A stretch of 64,000 nucleotides of DNA, from contig JAYQJW010000002.1 of NCBI GenBank assembly GCA_038142325.1, positions 384,001-448,000 on the forward strand. The letters are read 5' to 3'. Shown here piece after piece: positions 30,680 through 40,780 of this stretch (positions are counted from its first letter, which is position 1; every line of letters begins with the position of its first letter). The position numbers and the translations under genes are program-made. The notes under the pieces are model-generated. The model searched no databases. It was not told where the DNA came from and saw only the letters and a program-made list of their open reading frames with translations. This DNA comes from Gammaproteobacteria bacterium (GTDB taxonomy: Bacteria; Pseudomonadota; Gammaproteobacteria; GCA-002705445; GCA-002716945).

Positions 30680-31244
30680 TATTAAAATATTTCATAATTT
30701 TTTTTTCTATCCATTTCCATGCTGCTCTTTCGTCTTCACCTGCAGTCTTATCTATGCCTATTTTTAGATACTCATACTCTCTTTTTACTTTATCATCCTC
30801 TATTCTTCCTAATCGTGTAGAAAGCACTGCTAGTTCAATCACAGAAAACTGAGCTCTATTAAAGCCCATAAAAGGCCTTAGTATTTTAGTATTTTCTATA
30901 TTACATATAATATTTGGCCTTACAGCATCATCATTTTCCTGACAAAAGCTAACATTCATATATGTATTTGTAATATCCAAATGCGGTACACAATTATCTG
31001 AAACCTGATTTAAATCCCATGACTTTTTTTCCTCTGTAACAATGCCAGCAAACACTTTTACGTTATCAACATAATTAATTGTAGCCACTTTTGTATCAAT
31101 AAGATTATTTAATGTTTGAGACGGTTTGAATGGAGAAATTTGAACACATTGCTTGTTATCAAAATCAATAAACTTTACACCCATTGGCGCTATGTGTACT
31201 TCTTTCTTTTTATTAAAGGTAGTTACTATTACTTCATGAATCAT
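30672..31244 (-). CDS. DUF447-family protein (Orf19)
   Basis: EVIVTT, HIAPMG, PFKPSQTL and GFNRAQFSVIELAVL. Confidence 0.87.
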   Translation of the reverse strand: MIHEVIVTTFNKKKEVHIAPMGVKFIDFDNKQCVQISPFKPSQTLNNLIDTKVATINYVDNVKVFAGIVTEEKKSWDLNQVSDNCVPHLDITNTYMNVSFCQENDDAVRPNIICNIENTKILRPFMGFNRAQFSVIELAVLSTRLGRIEDDKVKREYEYLKIGIDKTAGEDERAAWKWIEKKIMKYFNND

Positions 31245-32622
31245 TTTGTTCTTTTGAATGTTGGCCCTAATTTCTTTTCACTTATCATATCATCAATTTC
31301 TTTGTCAACTAAACATCCCCAAGTAAGTTCCTCATCTTGATGATAATTTTTCTTTAATTGAAATGCGATTTGTGCCCTTGCTAATTCAACACCAAGATAA
31401 AATGCATGCCCTGTATCATCACTCAAATCAAGATACTCATAAAACTTAAAAGGGTCACTAAAAACTTTGTAAATATTCTTATTAAATAAATGTATCCCAT
31501 CATCATTGACATAAATACGATAGTTCTTGTCTTTGATTTTTGTTTGCATTTCACTTAGTTCATCTGAGCATAAAGGATAATCTTTATGATCATGATTTGC
31601 CATTAACCCATCATTTATATGCTTTGGTGTAATATTATTTTCAGAAGCCGCATGAATTATTCTCCTTGCAAGGTCAGTTTCTCTTATGACTGTCGAACAA
31701 TGTCTACTGACCTGGGTTGTTAATATGTGGTTTAATTTGAGTTCTTCTACGATACCTAGCATTATCATATTTATTCCCGTAGTATCGGCATGAGTAAGTT
31801 CAGTGATATTTCCTATACCAATCATTATGTGAATGTCAGGATATTTTTCTCTCAAATTTACATACCTCATTAAACTTTTAGTAAACCCATATGAAACAGG
31901 GTCCAGAATAGGATCCGCTATGAAAGTTAAATTATCCTTTAAAGCTCTATCAATTAGGTTATAAAATTCAGGTAAATTATTATCTGATGGAATAAGAACA
32001 GGGTATGAGTCAAGGTTTTCAAGTATGTGATATGTCTCACTTTTAATACTTAAGAGATAATCTGCGCCAGCTTTAGAGCCACGAATCAATTCATCTGTAT
32101 TATGAGAATCAATACTGACATAGAAATTTCTATTTTTCAGTTCTTGGACCAACTCTTCAAGATGAGGGAATTCTTTATTTGGCAAACAACCAATATCTAT
32201 TACGTCAGCTCCTTCTGATCTAAAAAATTCTGCTTTTTCTATTACAGCTTCAATAGTCATATTTAATGCATCTGTAATTTCCCCAAATATTGCTGTTTCA
32301 AATTTTGAAAGATCATATTTGACAGGTTTTGCTCCGAACATTATTGGTAAGTCTTTTAATTCATCAGGACCTCTGGTTACCTTCTTTTTGATGATCTTTT
32401 CAAGACGTTCTATATCCCCACGTACTCTTCCAGGAATTATAATCTCATCAAACTGACTAACATCACCAATACGTCTCTCAATCATGTCTGTTGTTAAAAG
32501 AGCCGCTACATTCACATTAAGATTTTTTATTTCGTATTTAAATTTTTTTCTTCAATACCATCAAGGACTGTCTTAAGGCCTTTTTCAGCTAATTTACCTG
32601 TAATGAATAAAATATTTTTCAT
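31241..32622 (-). CDS. Dihydropteroate-synthase-like protein with DUF6513 N-terminus (Orf20); frameshift near 32545
   Basis: Start MKNILFITGKLAE at 32622 (ATGA overlap). VAAL, GADVIDIGC, ADPILDP, GNITELTHADTTG and HAFYLGVELARA. Confidence 0.87.
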
Positions 32623-33149
32623 TTAATTAATTTACTTAAAGCTTTTTTCAAAGATGCTACGTTATCAACAACGGATACATTTTTAAATTTTTTCAAAGCT
32701 CTAAAATTTTTTAAATCTATTTCTCTTGGGTATAAAGTAACTAATTTTTTAGGTGCCTGTGTAATTACAACTGGTTCAGTATCGCATGCAAAAACTAGTG
32801 TTTTAATTCCACATTTACCTGCTTGTGCAAACATATTTGTCACAAGGTTATTAGACATACCCTGTGCCATGAAAGCAATTGTATTTGAGGTAGCAGGCGA
32901 GATAACAACTAGTTTATAAACAGACTCATATAATAAACTAACTGGTGCCGAGCTGGCAGTAATATCTTTGAATATTTAAATCTTCTTTTTCTTGAAAATA
33001 TCAAGATCATAGTCATACCATTTGAGTACCTCTTCACCTGCTTTACTCAAATATAAATCTACATGATTTAATGTAAGCATAAGATCAATTGATTCTTTTA
33101 GGTAATGACCTGAACCAGTAATACACCATGCTATTCTATGTTTATCCAT
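32619..33149 (-). CDS. Dihydromethanopterin reductase / AfpA-type flavoprotein (DmrB-like); frameshift near 32980
   Basis: Manual translation MDKHRIAWCITGSGHY...DITASSAPV...SPATSNTIAFMAQGMSNNLVTNMFAQAGK...FACD. Confidence 0.85.
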
Positions 33150-33749
33150 ATAGTTTCTTAATTAATTCAATATTTTCTTCAATATCTGTTTTTGTATTTA
33201 GATTTATAAACATTTCATCACTTTCATCAAATAAAACTTCTTCATATCCGCATGAAGTATACCACTTATCTATTTTTCTCTCTCCAGATTGTAAGAAGAG
33301 TTTTAAATTATTTTTTAGCGATGTATCAATTCTTGCATGAACAGGCTGAAGTCTATCACCTGTCTTTGTTACAAAGATTTTTTTTCATTATTACATTCAG
33401 TCAAAGTTTCAAAATATTCTTTAGAGAGGAATGGTCCATCACATGGCAAGGTGATTAAATATTGATTTTTACAATATGAAAGCGCAGAGTATATACCAGA
33501 TAGTGGACCTTGATAATCTTCAAGAATATCTGAATAAACGTTTTGATGAATTTTTCTATATTCATCTAGTAGATCATTTGCAATAACAAAAACATCAGAT
33601 GAGTAATTACATGCAATAGATATTAGCCTTGACAAAACAAGCTTATTATTAAGCTTCATAAGGCCTTTATTATTACCATCCATTCTTGATGATTTTCCGC
33701 CAGCTAAAATAGCAATAGAAATATCATCTTTTTGTAATTTAGTCGACAT
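33142..33749 (-). CDS. mobA: Molybdenum/tungsten cofactor guanylyltransferase; frameshift near 33380
   Basis: ILAGGKSSRM, GPLSGI and PCDGP; continues to FINLNT in the other frame. Confidence 0.9.
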
Positions 33750-33799
33750 TACAATATTATAAGCTGATAAATCAAAATAGATAAACTATAAGGCATATT

Positions 33800-34771
33800 A
33801 TGAAATTATTCTTAGCACCTATGGTGGGAAGGACAGACAAGTACTTCAGAAAACTGATTAGGTTGATGTCACCTAACATAACACTGTTTACTGAGATGAT
33901 TACAGTCGATTCTCTTTTAAGAGGAAATTTTAGAAATTATGCCATACCTTCAAATCAGCATCCAATAGTGGCTCAAGTTGCAGGTAATGATAAAAATAAA
34001 TTTATGCAAGCTTCTGATATCTTAGCAAAGATGGGATTTGATGAGATTAATCTAAATATTGGTTGTCCTAGCTCAAAAGTTGTTAAAGGCGGATTTGGCG
34101 CGTGTCAGATTGATAATCCCGATGATGTCGCAAGTTATGTCAGGTCAATTCTATCATGTACTAATCTTCCTGTATCAATAAAAACAAGACTTGGCTTAGG
34201 TTATGAGCAAAATTTAGAAAGTATAGAAAAATTTATTCATATCACTAGCGATGCTGGATGTGAGATATTTTATATTCATGCTCGAAATGCAGTATTAAAT
34301 GGTTTATCCACAAAGAAAAATAGATCAGTTCCACCTCTTAGGTATGATGACGTACTCAAGCTAAAAAATAAATTCCCACACTTAAAAATATATATAAATG
34401 GTGGAATAGATAATTTGGATGAAGCTGCTCATCTTTTAAATATTTATGGTGGAATTATGATTGGTAGAAAAATATATGATGATCCAAGATTTTTACTTGA
34501 ATTAGAAAAAAAGATTTTTTCTTTTGATAATAATTTATCGAACCCATCTATTGTTAAAAAATATATTAATCAACTTGATTTTGAAGAGAGAAATAATAAG
34601 CTTTATGCATTGAAGCACCTTACAAATTTATATAAAGGCACGAGCTTATCTAAGAAGTGGAGGAAATATTTGCATACATTAATAAATTCAGATAAACCAA
34701 TTACAGACGTAAATTATTTCAATAACGAGGAAAATCATGGTGAAAAAAAAATTAACTGCTCGCACAGCTGA
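33800..34771 (+). CDS. dusA: tRNA dihydrouridine(20/20a) synthase
   Basis: LAPM, INLNIGCPS, KTRLG, HARNAVLNGLS.K.NR..PPL and INGGI. Confidence 0.9.
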   Translation: MKLFLAPMVGRTDKYFRKLIRLMSPNITLFTEMITVDSLLRGNFRNYAIPSNQHPIVAQVAGNDKNKFMQASDILAKMGFDEINLNIGCPSSKVVKGGFGACQIDNPDDVASYVRSILSCTNLPVSIKTRLGLGYEQNLESIEKFIHITSDAGCEIFYIHARNAVLNGLSTKKNRSVPPLRYDDVLKLKNKFPHLKIYINGGIDNLDEAAHLLNIYGGIMIGRKIYDDPRFLLELEKKIFSFDNNLSNPSIVKKYINQLDFEERNNKLYALKHLTNLYKGTSLSKKWRKYLHTLINSDKPITDVNYFNNEENHGEKKINCSHS

Positions 34772-35543
34772 TATAAATCAACTTTATGAAGAATCAGTTC
34801 AATGTCCAGAGTTTGAGGTAGGTTTTATTAAAAAGTTATATAAAAAATATAATAAATCTAAATGTACAAGCTTAAGAGAAGATTTCTCTGCTTCAGCATT
34901 AATATCTACTGAGTGGGTTATGGATAATAACAAACATACATCTATAGCTGTGGATTATGATAAAAAAATGATAAACCAAGCGAAAAAAACTGCATTGAGA
35001 AGACTTGATCAAGACCAACAGTCTAGAATGAAAATATGTTATGGAGATTCCTCTAAATACAAAGATGATAAAGTCGACTGTGTACTAGCTGCTAATTTTA
35101 GTTATTTTGTTTTTAAAGATAGAATTAATTTAATTAAATATTTCCAAAACGCACGCTCTCAACTAAAAAGAAAAGGTCTTTTTCTGTTAGATGCTTTTGG
35201 TGGATATGAGGCTCATCAGCTCTTAGAGGAAAGAACAAAGCATAAAAATTTCACATACGTATGGGATCAATCATCATTCAACCCAATTACTCATGAAATA
35301 AAATGTTATATACATTTTGAATTCCCTGATAAAACAAAGAAAAAAAGAGCATTTACTTATGATTGGAGATTATGGACTTTACCTGAAATTCAGGAATGCC
35401 TGAACGATGCTGGGTTTAAGTCGGTAGATGTATATATGCAAGGCTGGGATGAGAAAAAAGATGAGGAAACTGAGGAATTCTATAAGATGAAAAAATGTGA
35501 TGCTGATCCTGCATGGGTCGCATACTTGGTTGCTAGAAAATAG
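34737..35543 (+). CDS. Class I SAM-dependent methyltransferase, substrate unknown
   Basis: LYEESVQ, LREDF, NFSY, GLFLLD and YDWRLWTLPE; Rossmann-type methyltransferase pattern. Confidence 0.7.
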   Translation: MVKKKLTARTADINQLYEESVQCPEFEVGFIKKLYKKYNKSKCTSLREDFSASALISTEWVMDNNKHTSIAVDYDKKMINQAKKTALRRLDQDQQSRMKICYGDSSKYKDDKVDCVLAANFSYFVFKDRINLIKYFQNARSQLKRKGLFLLDAFGGYEAHQLLEERTKHKNFTYVWDQSSFNPITHEIKCYIHFEFPDKTKKKRAFTYDWRLWTLPEIQECLNDAGFKSVDVYMQGWDEKKDEETEEFYKMKKCDADPAWVAYLVARK

Positions 35544-35578
35544 ATTGATATGTCTATTATAAATTCTATAATACAAAC

Positions 35579-35902
35579 GAGAGTTAATCATACAGCTGCT
35601 ATGTATTACATAGAGGAAAGTCCGGGCTCCAGGGAAAAAGTGCCAGGTAACACCTGGAAAACGTGAGTTTTGGAAAGTGCTGCAGAAAATAACCGCCTGT
35701 AAGAGGTAAGGGTGAAAAGGTAGGGTAAGAGCCTACCGCTACTAAGGTAACAAGGCAGGCATAAGTAAACCCCGCTTGGAGCAAGGCAAATTTGTGATTC
35801 ATCCCAATATAATCACATGGTTGCTGCTAATGAGATTATTGGTGACAATAATTCAAGATAAATAGCTGTACACGACAGAACCCGGCTTATAGATTAACTC
35901 TC
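35579..35902 (+). ncRNA. rnpB: RNase P RNA (type A), compact
   Basis: GAGGAAAGTCCGGGCTCC and ACAGAACCCGGCTTAT conserved regions; terminal P1 helix GAGAGTTAATC/GATTAACTCTC. Confidence 0.96.
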
Positions 35903-36010
35903 TCCAATTAATAATATCTTGTAAGTAACTGAAATATATTAAAAAATTCATATTTTAATCATTTTGTTCTTTATTTATCTACATTTTCATTAGTTTATCT
36001 CTATTACTAC

Positions 36011-36084
36011 TTGCATATGTTAAAAATAAGGCATATAGTGTTGATAAATGGCATTATTTGTTATTTTGTGGAGAAAAATGGAGA
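36011..36084 (+). promoter_or_regulatory. dcw (Pmra) promoter with degenerate 10-bp-periodic MraZ boxes
   Basis: TTGCAT-N17-TATAGT, then GTGTT/ATGGC/TTGTT/GTGGA/ATGGA at a 10-nt period, resembling MraZ TGGGN repeats. Confidence 0.55.
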
Positions 36085-36539
36085 ATCTATTTAAAGGTAT
36101 TCACAATCTTAGCCTTGATTCAAAAGGTAGGCTCGGTATTCCTATTTCCTACCGAGAACATATTACAAACCTGTTAAAAGGCTCAATGGTGATAACTATT
36201 GATACTGAGGATAAATGTCTACTTTTATATCCAACAACAATTTGGTCTAAGATTCAGGATAAAATCAGTAACTTACCAAGCTTTAATAGAAATGCTAGAA
36301 GAATTCAAAGACTCTTAATTGGCCACGCAGAAGACGTTGATGTTGACTCAAGCGGCAGAATTCTAATCTCAAAACCACTAAGACAATACGCATCTTTATC
36401 AAAAAAAGTCATATTGATTGGTCAAGGTGAAAAATTTGAGATTTGGGATCAGAATTCTTGGGATCGCAATGTTGAGAAATGGCGTGAAGAGGCAACCTCT
36501 ACTGATGATGCAGAAGCTTTAAATGGCATAAGTATATGA
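36078..36539 (+). CDS. mraZ: Division/cell wall cluster transcriptional repressor MraZ
   Basis: LDSKGRLGIP, CLLLYP, DSSGRILI and KFEIWD; ATG 36078 after GGAG. Confidence 0.95.
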   Translation: MENLFKGIHNLSLDSKGRLGIPISYREHITNLLKGSMVITIDTEDKCLLLYPTTIWSKIQDKISNLPSFNRNARRIQRLLIGHAEDVDVDSSGRILISKPLRQYASLSKKVILIGQGEKFEIWDQNSWDRNVEKWREEATSTDDAEALNGISI

Positions 36540-36730
36540 TAACTAATAACGACTATAGAATATTAGGAGTAAATGCTAATGATGACATGTCTGTAATAAA
36601 AGCAGCTTATAGAAGACTAGCGTCAAAATATCATCCAGACAAAAATAAGAACGATTCTCAATCTATCAAAATATTTATAAGAATTAAATCTGCATATGAA
36701 CATATAAGGAGCTTCAAAGAAAATGAATAA
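36536..36730 (+). CDS. Stand-alone J-domain protein (64 aa)
   Basis: YRILGV, IKAAYRRLASKYHPDKN and IKSAYE; overlaps mraZ (ATGA) and rsmH. Confidence 0.85.
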   Translation: MITNNDYRILGVNANDDMSVIKAAYRRLASKYHPDKNKNDSQSIKIFIRIKSAYEHIRSFKENE

Positions 36731-37656
36731 TACTCAGTTCCATATTCCAGTAATGAAGAATGAAGCAATCAAACATCTGATAACGGATAAGAGTGGAGTA
36801 TATATAGATGCTACCCTTGGATATGGGGGCCACTCAATTTCAATATTAGAAAATACTAATCAGGACGCAAAAATTTTTGCGGTTGATAAAGACAAGGATG
36901 CTATTGATTATAATAAAAAACAATTTGCGCAAGAGAATAGGTTTACCCTAAAACATGGATGTTTCTCTTCTCTTGATGAATATGCTAGGACATGGAATAT
37001 ATATGGATCAGTTAACGGTATTTTGTTTGATCTTGGTGTTTCTTCTGTCCACTTAGATGATGCAGACAGAGGGTTTAGTTTCAATAAAGATGCTCCTTTA
37101 GACATGAGATTCAATCGAACTTACGGCAAAAAAGCCTCAGAATATATAAATGAGTTACCAGAAAAAGATATTGAGCACATCTTAAGAGTATACGGGCAGG
37201 AAAAATTTTCAAAAAGAATTGCTAAAAACATAATCAAACATAGAGCATTGAGCCCTATTAACCAGTACTCTCGAGCTAGTGAATATAATCAACAAATCTG
37301 TTTTAGTTAATGATAAGAATAAACATAATGCGACCAGATCTTTTCAAGCTTTGAGAATCTTTGTCAACAAGGAACTAGATGTTCTCAAAAGTATTTTAGA
37401 AAAATCATACAGCATACTAGCCCCTAAAGGTAGATTAGTTCTTATAACTTATCATTCACTTGAAGAACGAGTTATAAAAGATTTTATGATATTGACCGAT
37501 CATAATTTATCTACACCTAGAAAAATACCCATAAAAAATGAATTTCTTAAAAAGTTATTTAACTTAATAAAAAAAATTAAACCATCTCAAAGTGAAATCA
37601 TAGAAAATACAAGATCAAGATCAGCAAAAATAAATGTATTGGAGAAATCAATATGA
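36723..37656 (+). CDS. rsmH: 16S rRNA m4C1402 methyltransferase; frameshift near 37262
   Basis: HIPVM, DATLGYGGHS, DLGVSS, RGFSF, PLDMR, FQALRIFVN and RSRSAK. Confidence 0.95.
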
Positions 37657-37922
37657 ATTTGACAGCTTCTTTTGTTTTAATTTTACTTATAACCATCTCA
37701 GCTTTTGGAGTTATCTTTATAAAATATCAAAATAGAATCTTAAATATTGAAATATCTGAAAATGAAAAGAAACATTATTATTTATCTGAATCATATAGAC
37801 AGTTGCTAAAAGATAAAGCTGATATTACAGATAAAGTTTTACAAAAAAATAGCTTAGGAAAGGCTCTTAATATGCAGCTGCCAAGTAAAGAAAGAATTTT
37901 AATCATGAATATTGATCAATAG
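37653..37922 (+). CDS. ftsL: Cell division protein FtsL
   Basis: Single TM helix plus coiled coil ending in A..L.M..P; directly after rsmH. Confidence 0.75.
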   Translation: MNLTASFVLILLITISAFGVIFIKYQNRILNIEISENEKKHYYLSESYRQLLKDKADITDKVLQKNSLGKALNMQLPSKERILIMNIDQ

Positions 37923-37931
37923 GAGGACACC

Positions 37932-39065
37932 ATGTTTGAAATAGTAAATAATTATAATCAAAATGCGGTTATCAAAGTTATTGGTGTAGGCGGTGGCGGT
38001 GGTAACGCTATTATGTCGATGCTTAAGTCTCAAATTCATGGGGCAGATTTTTTAATTGCAAATACTGATGTACAAGCCCTAAGGGATATAGACGGAGCAG
38101 TCACGGTTCAGATAGGCTCCGAAATAACCAAAGGATTAGGAGCTGGCGCAGATCCTGAAAAAGGTAGGCAAGCAGCACTTGAAGCAAGCGAAACTCTAAA
38201 AGAGTCAATTGAAGGAGCAGATATGCTTTTCATAGCCGCTGGTATGGGTGGTGGAACAGGAACAGGTGCAGCACCAGTTATTGCCCAGATTGCTAGGGAT
38301 TTAGGTATACTTACTGTCGCTGTAGTCACAAAACCATTCGATTTTGAGGGTCCAGAGAGAATGGCAAATGCACAAGAAGGCATAGATAATCTAGAACAAT
38401 GGGTGGATTCACTCATCGTAATACCAAATTCAAAACTTAAAGAGGTTTATGGCGGAGGAGAATCCATATTTTCATCATTTGAAAACGCTAATGATGTACT
38501 GAGAGGTGCTGTCAAAGGAATAACAGAAATTATAACTATTAGAGGTTTTATGAATGTGGATTTCGCAGATGTTAAAACCGTAATGTCAGGAATGGGCAAG
38601 GCAATGATGGGTTCAGGTGTTTCATCTGGTGAAAATAGAGCTGAAGAAGCTGTTACTACAGCACTTAGCAGTCCTTTACTTGATAACATAAACCTTAAAG
38701 GTGCAAGTGGAGTTCTTGTAAACATTACATCTGGTTCAGATTTGACTACAGATGAATTTGAAGTTATTGGAAATAAAATCAGAGAAATTGCACATGAAGA
38801 CGCTAAGATTATCACCGGCTGTATTAAAGAAGACGATAATATAGGAGACTTGAGAGTTACTATAATTGCAACAGGTTTTGCACAAAACAATGTAGCAGAT
38901 ATTGTAACTACTGAATCCTCTTTAGAAGAACAACCTAAAGAAAATATGAATAGTGTAACAAGCTTTCAAAACTCAAATAATAATATTGAACATGTAGATC
39001 TATCTGGACAAGAAGATCAAACTTCAATAGACATACCAGCATTTTTAAGACAACAAGCTGATTGA
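37932..39065 (+). CDS. ftsZ: Cell division protein FtsZ
   Basis: GVGGGGGNA, GMGGGTGTG, NVDFADV and C-terminal DIPAFLR. Confidence 0.98.
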   Translation: MFEIVNNYNQNAVIKVIGVGGGGGNAIMSMLKSQIHGADFLIANTDVQALRDIDGAVTVQIGSEITKGLGAGADPEKGRQAALEASETLKESIEGADMLFIAAGMGGGTGTGAAPVIAQIARDLGILTVAVVTKPFDFEGPERMANAQEGIDNLEQWVDSLIVIPNSKLKEVYGGGESIFSSFENANDVLRGAVKGITEIITIRGFMNVDFADVKTVMSGMGKAMMGSGVSSGENRAEEAVTTALSSPLLDNINLKGASGVLVNITSGSDLTTDEFEVIGNKIREIAHEDAKIITGCIKEDDNIGDLRVTIIATGFAQNNVADIVTTESSLEEQPKENMNSVTSFQNSNNNIEHVDLSGQEDQTSIDIPAFLRQQAD

Positions 39066-39079
39066 TAGTAAAGTAAAAA

Positions 39080-40780
39080 ATGAAAAATGGAGACTATTAT
39101 TATTTTTAATAATAGCCTCCATTACACTTCTAATAATTATTATTAGATTATATTTAATCCAAATCAAAGGTACTGATTGTTTTTATTTCAACGAGAGTGC
39201 TTGCAAGGAAAATATATTAAATGAGGGAAAAAAAAGACAGATACAAAATATAATAACTAAAGAGCAGCGGGGTATTATATTTGATAGAAATAACAATATC
39301 TTAGCAATGTCATTGCCTTCTAAGACTTTATGCATTAATCCAAGTAAGCTTTACACTATAGAACATAAAAGTGATTTAAAAAAAATTTCAGAAATTATTA
39401 ATATTCCTTATCAGAAAATCAAGAAAACAATATACAGAAATAAAGATAAAAAGGAATATTATTTAAAAAGACATATTTCAAAATTAGAGTTTACAAAGAT
39501 TGAAAAATATACAAACTCTTATATTTATTTCATTAATGAAAGTAAAAGATCGTATTTAGGAGGCGAGGCATTTTCTAATGTTCTAGGTTTTACTAATGTT
39601 GATGATGTGGGACAGGAAGGAATTGAGCTTGCCAAAAATGAAGTCTTAAAACCTTCAGATGGAATTAAAAAAAATAAAAAAAGATAATATCGGTCGAGCT
39701 ATTGAAACATTAGAAATCATAAAGAAATCTAAGGCTGGATTAGACATTACACTTACGCTTGATAAGCAAAAACAAATTATTGCATATGATGTTTTGAAGA
39801 AATATGTAAAGAAGTTTGAGGCAGACAGCGCATCTATTGTTCTTATTGAAACAGCTACTGGTAATATTTTGTCAATGGCAAATTATCCTTCTTTTGATCC
39901 AGAAACAAGAAAAAGTTATACAGGTGCAAAAATCAAGAACAGAATTATTCATGATTTAATAGAGCCAGGATCAACCATAAAGCCCTTAATAATTTATGCC
40001 GGACTTCATCATAATACGATTAATCACGATACGATCATTGATACTGCCCCAGGAGTCATAAAGCTTGATGATAAAGAAATTAAAGATTGGAAATTTTTAG
40101 GAAAAGTTTCATCAGGAGATATCATTAAGTACTCGAGCAATATTGGTGCGGCTAGGGTATCAACAATGCTATCAAAAAAACAACTAATCAATAATCTTGA
40201 GAAATTTGGATTTGGACATTCACTATATATAGATCTTCCAGGATCTAGATATGGAAAGTTACCAACAACTAATGAAATATCGAAATCTGAACATCACAGT
40301 ATTGGTTATGGGTATGGTATCTCTGTATCATTAATGCATTTAGTGAATGCATATACGATACTGGCAAATGAGGGGTATTATACTCAACTGAAATATATCA
40401 ATAGTAATGAATCATACTTTGAGAAGGGGCATCAGTTGTTAGATAGTAAAAAAACATCAATCGTTCTTAATATGATGAAGAAAGTAGTTCACTCAGATGA
40501 TGGAACTGGAAAAAAAGCTAAAGTCAATGGATATACGACATACGGTAAAACAGGTACCGTAAGACTTCTAAAAAATGGAAAATATAATACCAATAACCAC
40601 AATGCATTATTTGTTGGCATAGTAGGAGATCCTGCACCTAAATTTGTTGCAGCTGTTATTATAAGAGAACCAAAAGACAGACAAGGCTCAGGAGGTTATC
40701 ATGCTGCACCAGTTTTTGGTGAATTCATGCAACATATCATGAGAATTGATAGCAACATAGAATATGCAGGCTCAAGATAA
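39080..40780 (+). CDS. ftsI: Penicillin-binding protein 3 / FtsI; frameshifts near 39085 and 39670
   Basis: TM anchor, RGIIFDRN, GQEGIE, EPGSTIK (SxxK), SSN and KTGT. Confidence 0.9.

Noticed and set aside
15218-33149. Archaeal/methanogen origin or methanogenesis
   Set aside because: fhc, mtdB, fae and the gene order match proteobacterial oxidative H4MPT clusters. No mcr, mtr or mer is present, and the flanks are gammaproteobacterial.
35599-35802. 67-aa minus-strand ORF
   Set aside because: It lies antisense within rnpB and is spurious.
38108-38890. Antisense ORFs within ftsZ (and similar shadow ORFs in fae, mtdB, mtoX, fdh and the monooxygenase)
   Set aside because: They are codon-bias shadows of real genes and have no recognisable motifs.
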